From Callorhinchus milii (Eukaryota): 64,000 bases of DNA. Shown in pieces: positions 27,189 to 40,110 of the stretch. The notes beneath the pieces were generated by a model, which was not told the DNA's origin, did not search any database, and saw nothing but the letters and a program-made list of their open reading frames with translations. Every line of letters starts with the position of its first letter. Position 1 is the first letter of the stretch. The translations under genes and the position numbers were made by a program. The DNA lies in NCBI RefSeq assembly GCF_018977255.1, contig NW_024704743.1:18664001-18728000 (forward strand), written 5' to 3'.

Positions 27189-27836
27189 GTCATATTTCCT
27201 GTTGTTAAATATCCAATTCCGTGGATTGCTCATATCTGGCTGAAATTTGATTAGTTCATTCATACACAAACTAGCACAAAAATGGTGTAATAATGTATCT
27301 TATGTTTCAGTTGTTCATTTATTGAATTCAGGAAACATCACACATGTTTTTGGCTTGTTTGATTCTGTAAATATCTACATTGGGAGGGTTTACGAAGGTT
27401 TGCACCTATTGATAGTACGATATATTTAAATTTACCCAGGAGATCTCAATAGGTCCCCACCTGAAGACACTTCTGTCCTATGCTTCCAGCTTCTGGGATT
27501 CAAGTGGATGGGAGAGGAGCATGGCGTGGGTTAATTTTGAACAGATTAAGGATTTCAGGTGGCAGTCAGTTACAGGTCTTTCCCAGTCATTTATTGATCC
27601 CATGATTTCTTTGGATTCAGATGAATGGTGCTTCCTCCAGTGCTAATTAAATCCCAAGCACCTTTCATTCAATTTTGCCCACAAAATATAGTCAATTCAC
27701 TTTACAGTATACTCTGTGAATCGCTTTGAGACATCTTGAAGACGTGATAAGGCACTATATCAAAAGTGAGAATTATTATTCGGCAAACGTTTTGTCTGCC
27801 TGTTTAGTTGTGAACTGTGTGACATCCCCCAGATTT

Positions 27837-28430
27837 CATAGAATCATAGAATTATACAACGTAGAAGGAGGCCATTCGGCCCATCGTGTCCGTGCCAGCT
27901 CTTTGAAAAAGCTGTCCAAATTAATCCCACTCCCCCGATCTCTCCCCATAGTCCTCTCTGCAAATTTGTCCTTCCCAAATATCTATCTACTTCCCTCTTG
28001 AAAGTTCTCTTTGACCGAGCCTTCAGCTCCCCTCTCGACTCTCTTCCCCCTTCTCGCTCCCTCCCATCCCTCCCCTCACCCTGACCATTTCCCCACCTCC
28101 TCGCTCCCTCCCCTCCCCTCACCCTGACCATTTCCCCCCTGCTCGGGTCATGACCCAACTGTGCAGCGCCTTGGGACGTCCTCCTGTCGTGAAATGGAAA
28201 TCTTCTTGTTGTTGTTGTTGTTGTTATTGAATCGGCTTCGCCACCCTTTCAGGCAATGCATTCCAGATCTGAACATCTCGCTGTGTGAAAACATTTCTCC
28301 TCACCTCCCCTCTGTTTTTTTTGGCAACTATTTTAAATCTGTGTCCTCTGGTTACTGACCCACTCGCCCGCCAGTGGAAACAGGTTTTCCCTGTTCATCG
28401 TATCGAGTCCCCTCATAATTTTGAACACTA
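27837..28430 (-). mobile_element. CR1 3' end with a nested + strand L2 tail (about 28004-28226)
   Basis: (TTCTA/TCTATGA)-type CR1 tail. Colinear with the uninterrupted copy at 54851-55445. Confidence 0.85.
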
Positions 28431-28833
28431 TTAATTCTCATGAATTGGTGAAAATTCTTCTTGATGCTAAGAATGCTAACTGAATGCAGAATGTGGAGTC
28501 CTTGTTGACAACAAACTAGATAGGTGTGTGATCGAGTTTCCTGCAGGTATTTTCCTGGCTTTTTTCCCTTTTTATGTTTGAGAGCTTGAACATTGTGCTG
28601 CAGACAGGCACCATCAATAATCTACTATTTAAAAAAAGTTACAGACAGCATAGTGATAATTTAGCTCAACGATTCATATCCAGATAAGAGGAAGAGTTCA
28701 ATGTTTGCATACTCTATATCAAGAGAGCTGCACCTAGAAATTAATGTTTAGTTTTACAGCCAGTAAAATCTAATACTTCCAGGTAACCATAAAAATATTC
28801 AAATCTCTCTTGTTGCTTCTAAAATGTTCTCAG

Positions 28834-28888
28834 GGAGCTGTGACCAAATGGGACCACTCATAGATCAGAAGCTAGAGGAAATTGACAG
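28834..28888 (+). CDS. STAM: STAM coding exon 11 (GSCDQMGPLIDQKLEEIDR)
   Basis: tctcAG acceptor, GTAAAT donor at 28889, 55 nt. Confidence 0.94.
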
Positions 28889-29007
28889 GTAAATATATGT
28901 CTGACACACGTTGTTTAGAATTACTTGTTTTTTGTTTATTCTTTAGTGTCTGTCCTTGTGATCTGTTAACAAGATTCTTACAGCTGTTCATTTCCCTGTT
29001 GTTTCAG

Positions 29008-29161
29008 GAAACATTCTGAACTATCGGAGCTGAATGTGAAAGTAATGGAGGCCTTGTCCCTATATGCTAAGTTAATGAATGAGGATCCTATGTATTCAAT
29101 GTATGCTAAACTCCCGAGCCAGCAGTATTATATGCAACAACCTCCTGCAGCGGCCTCCCAG
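29008..29161 (+). CDS. STAM: STAM coding exon 12 ([51 protein letters not shown]; coiled-coil and ITAM-like motif)
   Basis: tttcAG acceptor, GTTGGT donor at 29162, 154 nt, paired YxxL motifs typical of STAM. Confidence 0.96.
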
Positions 29162-29968
29162 GTTGGTTTCTTATGTATTCTTCATGAAACTTTTCGACAG
29201 ATGAAAACCTGTATCATGGATGTAGTTCGTCATTTTTTNCTGAAAAGGCCTTTCCGTGTCCAATTTTATCTTTTTAATTTTAGAACAATTGAGGAAACAA
29301 CGAAGCTGGTAATTAAAGCTTTATACTGTCCGATTAAAGCATTAGTGCACGCAGTTTTGACAGACATGGAAATGTCATGTAATTGGTGCATAACATAAAT
29401 TAGTAGAGTTTAAGTTTCTATTTCAGCTTATACTGTACCTCAACTACCAATCTAATGATTGCAGTATAGTCAGTGTAAACATCTTGCTGAGTTTTTGAAA
29501 CTTGCTGTACATATAAATATGACATTTATTACACTTGTTACAACACATACCTTATTTTGTGTTGTCTACGTATGTCAAAAATATACAAAAATAACTTGCG
29601 TAATACCCTTTCAGAGGTTATGGTATGGGCTATATCTTGCAAATTTTATATTTATTATGTAATTGAAAAGGTTGCTTATCAATCCAGTCAAATCATTAGG
29701 GCCCTTGTTCCTTAATTTACAATCATTTAATTTAGTGCACATAATTAAATAATTTATATTATGATTATAAGCCCTGAATAGGTCCCACGGTTCCAAATGC
29801 GCTGTATAAACTGTGTACTCTGTGAGCTGTTTCTGGGAGTGTGAGTTGGATGGAGAAAGAATTGTGTTGGTGTGTACCCTCCCATGATAGCTTCAGCTGT
29901 AAATCATTTGATATCCACTTTCAGCAGGGGATGACGTAAGGGCAGGAACCTTCAGAAATGCAGTCATC

Positions 29969-30061
29969 ATCATGGCACCATTTTTAAATCGCCACTTGAA
30001 ATCATGGCACCATTTTTAAATCATCACTTGAAATCATGGCACCATTTTTAATTGCACTTAA
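29969..30061 (+). repeat. 32-bp tandem repeat, about 3 copies (atcatggcaccatttttaaatc..cacttgaa)
   Basis: Units start at 29969, 30001 and 30033. Confidence 0.9.
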
Positions 30062-30077
30062 ACTCTTCCCATTTTAG

Positions 30078-30253
30078 GTATATTCAGGTCAGCCTCCCAC
30101 TGGCACATACGTAGTATCTGGTGCTCCTCACATGGCCTCAGTCCAGGGATACAGTATTCCATCAGATCAGATTCCCTCACTCAGTCAAGCTAGTCTGCCA
30201 CCAACAGGAAGCACAGCCCTGACCACCCAGCAAGTTCAGACATCTTATACTAG
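30078..30253 (+). CDS. STAM: STAM coding exon 13 (P/Q/S-rich; VYSGQPPTGTYVVSGAPHMASVQGYSIPSDQIPSLSQ...)
   Basis: ttttAG acceptor, GTAAG donor at 30254, 176 nt, open in the frame set by exon 12. Confidence 0.92.
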
Positions 30254-31017
30254 GTAAGGAATGATATGGTACACCACTTGTTGTGACCCTTTTTCATCTG
30301 TAATCTTTTAAAATATCCTTTACACAATTTCCTAGATCAGCTGTGGGACACTTTCAGCAGTCACGTGTCATCTCCCAATTTGAAACTGCTGTGCAGTGAG
30401 AGAGTTTATAGTTAGTTGACCTTTGTGATCTCCAGAAAACTCGGTGCTGGTGAGGGAAAGAAATGCAAAGCACTGGGTGAAGTAAGAATAAACCATTGAT
30501 GTAACTAAAACATTTTCAACCAAAGATGGTCTGAGTTCTGCTTACTCCAAGATGCTCTTATTCTCCAAGATCATGGAGAAAGATGTTGCTTTCTTCACCT
30601 CACCTCCCAATTCTGCTGTTTCAAACACATTCAGTTTAACAAATGAGGATTATTATTATTATATATCAGGATCGCATTGGAAGAGAAAAGATTGGGTAAC
30701 ACCAAAACATTTGAGTTGAATAGTCGTTAATCAATATAATTATGTAAAAAAAGAAGATGCCCTATAGTTTTCATTTGACGTAAAAGAACTCCAGGGAAAA
30801 AGAAAGAATAAGTGACTGTACCATTTCTGGCATCTGCGAGCAGCTGTTCTGCCAAGCTTTTCATTATCAAAAATGAAGGTGACATATCACGCTCAATAAC
30901 ATGATAGCCATCTCATGAAATTAAAAAAAATACTTTTCGTAAATTTTGTGATCCACTTGCAGTTATTACTAAATCTGATTTCTCTGGATATTGTGTACAT
31001 GATATTATTTTTCACAT

Positions 31018-31570
31018 AACAAATTGCATTTATATAGTATCTTTCATGTTGGGAGGATGTCCCAAGGTGCTGGACAGTGAAGGGTTTGCACCTGAGCTAA
31101 GGGCTGGAGGTTGAGAGGGGTAGAATGTAATGGAGTGGAGTAGGAAGATGACCGAAGGCGCGGTTGGAAAGGAAGGTCGTGTGACAGGCTTTGAAGGGAC
31201 GGAGTGAGGTAGAAGGGTTCCAGAGGGTGGGTGCAGAAAGGCTGAATCCTTCCGTCCTCTGATGGTGGAGCTGGCAGGCCAGTGCCCACTGAGTGGAGGG
31301 AGCAGACAGATTGATAAAGTTTTGGTAGAATGCAGAGGTAGCAGCAAGACTGTCCAGGGCTTTCAGGGGAGGACGAGGATCTTGAAGGGGATGAGGAACC
31401 AGTGAAGCCAGGCGAGGATGGGGTGTTCGGTTGATGGAGATTAGAGTGGGAGAAGACATGAGCTGCAGAGAGAGTGCTGAAGCTTGCGGAGGGAAGAGTT
31501 GGGAAGTTCAGCGAGTAAAGCATTAGCGTAGTCAAACCTCAATGGAATGAAAGAGTGGATGAAAGTTTCC
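31018..31570 (-). mobile_element. L2 3' fragment
   Basis: Reverse complement of the L2 tail and the ORF2 C-terminal region. Confidence 0.8.
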
Positions 31571-31949
31571 GAAAACCCGAAAGGCAGTTTTTCTGTTCAA
31601 TATCCACAGCTGCCCATGCAAGTTTACATCTTAAAACATTTCAGTTCTAGACTGGTTAGTGCTCTTTTGCAACTCTTGAGACGACCCCCCCCCCAATGCT
31701 AAAGGTGCTATATAAATGTAAAATTGTCGTCGTCGCGATTCCATATACATGCTGATGTCCTTTGGAGGTGGATGCAGTCATAGTGATGCTGTTAAGCATG
31801 TTGTTGTTCTGTCACTTGATCTGCATGCTCTTAAAAGACTGTTTCAATGTAACCACCTTACAGTGTTAAAGAGAACACAGTAACTGAAGAATATTTTGCA
31901 TGACACAGTGGTAGATGCTTAACTGGATACTTTCTTTCTTGCTTTCTAG

Positions 31950-32148
31950 TTCTATACCTGGAAGTGCATACTTACACCAGGCATCTGTCTACAGTCAACC
32001 TGCCCCTTCAAACATTGATATCTCTAGCTACCAGGCTGCTGGCCCAAATGGACATCAGATGGCAAACTACAGCATTGGGCCCACATCTCACGGTCAACAG
32101 TCCAACAGTCAACAGCAATCCCCATATTCTCAGAAAGCACTTCTATAG
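31950..32148 (+). CDS. STAM: STAM last coding exon (…QQQSPYSQKALL*)
   Basis: tttctAG acceptor, TAG stop at 32146-32148. The C-terminus PYSQKALL matches STAM1 rather than STAM2. Exons 2-14 total 1541 nt, about 526 aa if exon 1 supplies 40 coding nt as I recall for mammals. Confidence 0.94.
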
Positions 32149-35100
32149 GAGATGTGACATTCATTCCTTCATTTTTCCTGGTCCTAGTTATTCAATTAAA
32201 AAAACATTAGTGCAATTTACATCAATTTTAAAAAAAAGTTGGCCATTTGCAGACTCTTCTGATTTTTTTTTTTTTGTAGCAGAACCACCTCACAACAGAG
32301 GAATGGAAAATGGAAGTTTACTCCTAATAAGCATCCTGAGCTCCCAATGACCACAATCATTTATCCTGAGCATAATCTGCTCCCACGTTGTGGTGTAGAG
32401 TGGGTGAGGGAGGGAAAGGGAAACTGAACTGATAAGCTATGGTTGTGTACATAACATTGATTTATTCCATTAGTAATGGTTTTGACAGCCATTTAGTGAT
32501 CATGTGAACCTAAACATTTGAGTGGTACAGAAACAAATTCATGGTGGTTTTAAAGTAAGATCATCAGCTTTGTAGAAATTTTAATTTATATTAAATTGCA
32601 GCATCCCTTTGATGTGAAAACTCAACATAACTTCATTTGCACTTCGTCAAAACTAAATTCCCAGATCAACCATGAAGGCTTGACCTGCCTCCCTGGGACC
32701 AGAACAAGTGGCTTCTTATGTAAACAGATTGTTGCTGTACCATTTGTGTATATTTATTTGCTGCTTTTTAGTTTGGTGGCCTGAAAAGATGAGACCGCAG
32801 CAGTATTATCCAGTAGGCATACTCCTCATAATTAATCAAATTTGGCACATTAGATTTTTGAATGAAGGGGCTGTTTATAAACAATTTTTATGACTAAATG
32901 TAATGAAAGTTAAGCACATCCTACAATTCTAGTTCCATCTCTTCATTACTTTGTTTCCTTAAATTTTGAATTTCCACACACCACCACCCCATAATAACAA
33001 GCAGTTCTGTTACTAGCCTCATTGTTTTCTACAAGGGAAAAGCAATCTTACAATGTTAACCAGGAAGTTGTCCAGATTGAAAACTAAAATACTACAGAAT
33101 CCCTTAAGTTTGAACCACATTATCAAAATGTCTTCATTACATTATAGCGTTAGCATTTCACAGCCCAGCTCTGAGTACCACTTCCATAACCACGAAGGGT
33201 TCATCTTTCAAATAAAAGCTGCAGCAAACTAGTCACAATTGGACAAATCTATGGGATGGGAAAGTTCCACAGGTTGAAACTGGAATGATCTGATTGCTGT
33301 GGAAACATAGTGGTTGAAAAGGTGAGTGCAAGTTAAATCCCATCAGCTTGCGTTGACTTATGCAGTAAGAGTCGTTGCATATAGCAGAATGAGGAATGTC
33401 TCACCTCTGGCTTTTTATGCTGAGTAGCAAAACCTGAGCCCTGTGATTTTTTTTTTTGCAAAATTTTTAAAGAATCTTCTAATAAAGGCATGGAGTTTGC
33501 TAAACGTGAGAACAGACTGTGTGTTTGAGGCAGTTCATATTTCAACAGTTGTATATATTTTTGTTGAAGTACAGTGCAGTTCTCATTCACAGCTTTTCTT
33601 TGGAGTCCCGTAGTCTAATGGTTAGTACGCTTGCCTCACAAGCGTGAGGATCTGGTTTGATTCCTGGGCAGAGTGAAACCTTACGCAAGTTTCCTTACGC
33701 CTCTGTTTACCTTGCAGTAAGTAGGAACCCAGTTGATTGGTGGATCGCTTTCTGGGGGGTAATAATCCCTCCAAAATAAATCATTCAATCCACGACTGTT
33801 TGTGGGACACTGCAGTGCTCAATTAGCTGCTGAGTATCTCCCACAAAATACAGTAAATCTGCTTTACAATATATTCTGTGAAACACTTTGAGACATCTCA
33901 ATGACGTGATGAGCTATATCAAATACAAGAATTGTGATTATTCTGTGTATTGGGTCAAAAGGGTCAATCAATTTGGAGACTGAGCTTTGTTATAAGTACT
34001 TTACTGCCATAGTACAGGTACTTACCCCAAGAATTTCTCCTTTAAAAAAGCACTATATTCATGAAAAAAAAGTTTGCCAATATATTTCTCCTATGGAAGA
34101 GAAAAGAGCCATGCATTGTCTGTAACTGTTTACATGTGTACATCTGACTTAGTATTTACAAATGGTTATTTTGTTATTCTGTCCATAAATGGTTTAATGA
34201 ACCCACTTCATGAAGATGGTGATCCTTTTCATCTGCATGTAACTGCTGTAACTGGAGGTATGAAATTTGCAGTATGTTGTATTTAAGCTTTTAAATGTCT
34301 TAAATATTTTGGTAAGTGTTTTTAAAATTATCACATTTATTTTTCTCCATGCAACTGAGGTCAAGTGAATTCAACTGGAAATACTGTATGTGTGACAGCT
34401 ACATGTATCTTGGAAGATGTAAATAACTATACAGTGATACCTCTTGATTTTACAAGTATAGTTGAAAGTTTGCAGAACACTAATTGTGCTGCTGTTTTTA
34501 TTATGTTCAGTTTTCCATTTATATAATACATTTCAAAGAGGTCTATTAAGAGTACACTACAAGCAGTAATTCTGTATGAAATGTTAGGGAACAAAATTGT
34601 ATTGCCATTGAACACTAACTACTTGTTTATTCCAATATACAAAATCCTAAAATGAACAAAGTAAAAGCTACAAGAATATTTCTGTAGATTTGATTTTTGT
34701 TAGCTTTGAAATCACTTGTAAGCAGAATGGCTGAATTGGATACCACAAGTTATGAATCTGCAAATTAGATTTCATATGCCACTGCATGTCGTGTTTTGGA
34801 GATGAGGAAGAAAATACTGCTTTGTCTTCATGAGAAGTAACTTCACAGTTGATCTGTGAATTAAGAATGGTTGAAATAAATGATCACAGTGTATCAGATG
34901 CTGTTCTCTTGTCAAAAAAACAATTCAAATTGTTTTCTGTGTCAAGTCCTGTAACTTGTCGTTCTTACCCTGATTTTGGGTTTCAATATATCAATGACAA
35001 AGTGGTTTGTGTTTGCTTGAAAACTGAAATCTTGTATGTTTTGTCTCTTGGAGTTCGTTTGAGGGCAGGCAATTAATTGGCTTCTATTGCAAATAGGTTT

Positions 35101-35229
35101 AGTTTTCATACAGTTGCCATTGTTTCTGTCAACAAGACCGGGTAAAACAAGTGATTTTTGAAACTTGCATGCAGTCTACTGCTTTACATGATATTTATTT
35201 TAACTTTACAAGGAAGCTAATAAAATAAA
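32149..35229 (+). other. STAM: Probable STAM 3' UTR with candidate poly(A) signals
   Basis: AT-rich and repeat-poor. AATAAA at 33211, 33481 and 35224, with another at 38470. The true end cannot be fixed from sequence alone. Confidence 0.5.
33602..33942 (+). mobile_element. Full-length tRNA-derived SINE within the probable STAM 3' UTR
   Basis: Head ggagtcccgtagtctaatggttag, followed by core and tail as in other copies. Confidence 0.85.
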
Positions 35230-36745
35230 GTCACAAACTGCATAATGGAGCAAAGATTGGTCTCCTAAATCATTCTTTGATCATTGCCAAAATTGTTTGT
35301 ATGTGTTTTGGATGTCAGGACAGGAAAGGTGGACTTCATTGTTACTGATGTGTTAAAGTTGCCACTTAATAATAAACAGCAACTATAACAGTAGGTGGAT
35401 TTGGTCAAAATCTTTTCGTGCATTTCCTTATTAAGAGTTAATGTAACAAGTTTGAACCTGGACAAATCCTTAATCTATCGTTATTTGAACGGTCCTTTTG
35501 GAGGGTTATACAGGTGAAAGTTTAGTGCTGTAGTTAACAAATGGGATGAAAATACCAGTTTAGCCTTGATATCAGTTTAGGCTAAACTGGCCTTGTTTCT
35601 GCGCTAAACTTTCTAACAAAATAGAAAGACATAGGCATCCAGCTATCCCCATAGCTGGCCTTCCAGAGATTCTGAGGAGAGAAATTTTGTTTAAAAAAAA
35701 NTTCTATTGTGAACTAAATGCAAGTTAGAGTTCACGTACAAAATTATAAAGTGATATAAATCATTAGTAAATGTTGATACACCACAGAAATGGAGTGTAC
35801 TAATAAATTAAAAAGTAAGTGTTACACATTGAAATGCTTCAAACTCAAATCAGGAATTGGATGGGCTTACGTTGTTGAACTATACAAAGTATGGAGGTAC
35901 TTTCACGTATCCCAGGGCAGCAGAACATTATTCAGAAACTCCCAGACAGAACAAGCTCAAGGTGATTCCAAAGGACAATTTTAAAACTGATACCAGAAAG
36001 TTTTATCTTGGGTGGTGCAGAGTGAACCTTGGGATGAGCTGGCTCCACATTCTTGAACGTTCTTGGCAATGTAATGTTGGAATTAAGTCAACTCTTTGTG
36101 ATGGTCTCAGTAATCCAAGTTCCTGAGCCAAGTGGCACTGCTAGTTACAGGCAATCTGTCAGTCTAGCCCATCTATGGCTGTGGAGGAATTGTACCCACT
36201 CAGCTCCTATGAAACACCGCAACCCAAATGGTATGGTCGTTTGAGCTGGACAAGCAGCAGGAAACTTACCGGAATGTGCTCTTAATAGCAAGTTATTTGG
36301 TTTTAGCTAGTTAAACTCCAGCAGTATTCCAGTCCATACCTCAAAGTGTTAGCTCTTACCAGCATGCACCTAATGCTTTCCAGAATTGGGTAACCATGGT
36401 ACGTCTTCCATGGAGAGGATGAGCATTTCATTCTAGACACAAATTTCCATGTGTAGATTGCATACATATGTAGAACTGTAATTTGATTACTCTTAAGCAT
36501 GGTGTCAGAAATCTGTCTGACCCCCCCCAAAACGACTAGAGCATCTAATGCGCATGAAAGGTTTATCATTAGCATGTCAGATGCTACCATGTCATCTTTC
36601 AGTAGCAGGAATGCAAACCGAGTCTGAGAAATTGTCATTCATTATTTCGTCAACATCAAAGATCCAATGAGACATCAGATAATATGTGTCAATCTGGCTC
36701 AATCTCCCATCTCCAAGTCAGATGATTGTCGATTCAAACCCCATG

Positions 36746-37060
36746 TAATAATAATAATCCTTGCATTTGATATAGTGCCTTATCATGTCTTCGAGATGTC
36801 TCAAAGCAGTTCACCAAATACTGTAAAGTGAATTGACTATATAGGCGAAACCTGGCAGCCAATTGCGCACAGCAGTGTCCCACACACAGTCGTGGATTGA
36901 GTGACCACTTTTTGAAGGGATTATTACCCCCAGAAAAGCGAACTGCCAATTGACTAACAACTGGGTTCCTACTTACTGCTTGGTTAAACAGGCTTGTGGA
37001 GTAAGGAAACTTGCTCAACTTTTCGCCCTGTCCAGGAATCGAACCAAAGTCCTCTCGCTT
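36746..37060 (-). mobile_element. tRNA-derived SINE
   Basis: Reverse complement of the tail, core and B box (ggttcgattcc). Confidence 0.85.
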
Positions 37061-39261
37061 TAAAATTCTGAAGGAATAGATAATATAGACTACGATAACC
37101 TGTTTTAGCTTGTACTGAGCAGTAGAACCAGAGGACAGGCCTGCAATTCAGAGCCAATCTGTGAAAACACTATGAATGAGTAATAAACTTACGGAACAGG
37201 CTCCTAAGGGAGAAAATGTTTTTCAAGAACAAATTAGATAGATTTCTGCTAGAAAATAATATCATGGGATACAGTAAATAGTTTGGGACACCGCATGTCA
37301 AGCGACTGCCAGGATGGTGGAAGGTGAACTGGATGGACCTTGGTCTTCTTTCACATAGCAAATTCTTATGTTCTCTAACCACTAAGCTACAGGACTCCAC
37401 AAATCTAAGGTGACACTGCAATATCGGACTGAGGGGGGTGATGCATTTTCTGACATGCCGTCCTTTGATGAAACATTAAACCGAGGCCCATCTGCCTGTT
37501 CAAGTAGGCATTTAAAAATGGTTATTTGGATTGAAAAGAAGAGTTCCTCGATGCTGCTGGTTAACAATGCTCCAAAATCAAATTGATCAAGTTTCTCTGT
37601 TTGCGGGACATTGCTGTACACAATTGGGTTGCCACATTTGCCAACAAATACACAATCACTCCACAGTAAATCCTGTGAAGTACTTTGGAACATCTTCCCA
37701 AAGCAAGGAATATTGTTTTTATAAAAGATGAATGCTTTTCTCCAGGCCAACAAACTTCCTGATTAATTGTTCATTAATTTTGTGATTGCTCATGGAATTT
37801 TGTTGGCACAGATGGTCTCCAAGTTTGCCTACAAAAACAGTCTGCATTTGACAGTAATTACCTTGGTACTGCTTTTAGACATTATTTCCTCCTAAAAATA
37901 CACAATTTTATTGGGATTAACTTTAGAACACACATATAAAGTTATAGTCCTGTTGTTGACTGCCAACACTTTCTTGAGCTAATTAAATTGTTCTGAAAAT
38001 GTGCAATCTTCTGTTTGAGATTATGGTTGTATGTTATATGGACTTTGAGTATAATGGTAATAGAAGTGGGCCCTGATTTTATAATATACAATTAATAATG
38101 TAGATAATTATATTATTTGAAATGTACATTTTTTGGAGAACATTTGAAGCTGCGTAAAAAGTTAATGCTGCTTTTAAACTTAATTGAAACCACATTGTGG
38201 TTGGATCCAGCAAGACGGCATTATATGAAACCTACAAACTGGAAGATCTACAGGATTACGTCGTTCTAGAGACCAAATGTTTAACTTTGACATCCATTCA
38301 CTTAATACTGTGGAACTTTGCTACGTGACGACAACAGCATTGGTAAAGTAGAATTCCAAACTTTGTGAAAACGGCTTTGTAACCTGTTTGGTATGAGAAT
38401 GTTCTTAATCAAATGGAAACGGCTGTAATAGCATTTGTCCTGGCATGGCTTGTGTATAAAATTTCAGCCAATAAATATTTTAGTAACACCAGTGAATATT
38501 GTGTTGAGCTGTGACTTAGAATGCATTAGTACTATCAGCATACAATACTTTAACTTTAAGTTTGATAGTCTAAACAGTATTTCAAAAAAATATAGATGTC
38601 TTGGAATTGAATAGTTTTAAAACATCACCACTATTTCATTTCTGTGTTTCCCACCAGTGTAGCAATAGCCCATGGGGCATTACATCTGTCACCTCCCCTC
38701 CCAGGCTTATGTAAAGAACCCCATTTGATGGCAGATAATGGTTTCTGAAATGGGACTATAGTTTTATTAATGTGCAAGTGAAGAAAATTCTCACTATTTT
38801 GCTGGTGTGTGTTCAATGATCTGTGTTTTCAACATCAGAGGCAGCTGCAAATCTGCCATTTGGTTCCAACCGTTACTGCCCTCCAATGTGATGGTCTACT
38901 TGTTGATGCATTGGGTGTAAATGCAACAGATATATTTAGCATTGTCGTGTTTTCTTGAACCTTAAAAGCTAGAGAGACCAAGGACACGATAAATTGAGGG
39001 TTAAATTTTATAATAAAATTTGTGCCACAACTTTCTTAAACTTTCTTAAAAAGGACCAGAGGGAAATAACAACAACCATTTTATATTGCATCCTTTATGG
39101 GGGATATTGACTTGGAATGCTTGACAAGGGTGGGTTCGGAATCCCGAGCAAGGAGCAAGTTTTATTGAAGAGGCAGAGTTTTTTTGGCAGCATTTAAAGA
39201 TGGAGAGAAGGTGTGAGATGGAGGGGAAGATAGAGGGAAATGCAAAAGTTAGAAGCATAGT

Positions 39262-39485
39262 TGTAATCCTTGCATTTGTTATAGCGTTTTTCACATCTTC
39301 TAGATGTATCAAAGCACTTCACAGAATATGCTGTAAAGTGAATTGACCGTAGATTTGTGGGCAAAATGCAGCAGTGTCCCACAAACAGTTGTGGATTGAA
39401 AATGACCACTTTATTACTGTTTTTTTGGAGGGATTATTATTAGGCGTGTGGAGTAAGGAAACTTGCCCAAGGTTTCGCCCTGCCT
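39262..39485 (-). mobile_element. SINE, head truncated
   Basis: Reverse complement of core and tail. Confidence 0.8.
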
Positions 39486-39765
39486 CAGTTGCTAAAGGCT
39501 AAGTCACCACTGGTGATCCAGAGGGTAGGGACATGTAGCAGGCTGTGTTAGCCTTGCAGAAGGGGTTAATAAAAGAGTGAGATAGGAGAAGATCACGGAG
39601 AAAGGAGGTTCTTGAGTGTGAACTGATTTATAAGAGGGTGAGAAGTTTTAAGATGATCTGTTGGGAGCTAGTGCTGTTGTTTTACAGCCTTATTCATTGC
39701 TAAAAATAGCCTATGATTCAAATAAGATTATAATCTTCCTGGTATTTATCTTCAATAATTAACTA

Positions 39766-40110
39766 AGTCCTGTAGCTCAATGGTGAGAGGACTTGTCTCG
39801 CAAGTGAGAGTCCTGAGTTCGATTCCAGGCAGGGCAGAATGTTTCCTTACTCCACACGCCTCTCTTTACCTAGCAGTAAGTAGGATCCCAGTTGGTAGTC
39901 GATTGGCGGATCGCTTTTCCTGGTTAATAATTTCTTCAACAAAATAAAGTAAATTGGTCACTCAATCCATGTGGGACACTGCTGTGCCCAATTGGCTGCC
40001 GCGTTTCATCCACAAAATATACTTTCACTTTCAGTATATTGTGAAGTGCTTTAAGACGTCTCAAAGACGTGATCAGGTGCTATATCACATCCAAGGATGA
40101 TTTTTATTAT
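39766..40110 (+). mobile_element. tRNA-derived SINE, full length
   Basis: A box tagctcaatgg, B box gttcgattcc, core and tail. Confidence 0.85.

Noticed and set aside
29239..29239. Ambiguous base n (another at 35701)
   Set aside because: Both follow homopolymer runs in non-coding DNA and are most likely sequencing or assembly ambiguities.
29969..30061. CRISPR-like array
   Set aside because: The units are contiguous with no unique spacers, lie in a vertebrate intron, and have no cas genes nearby.
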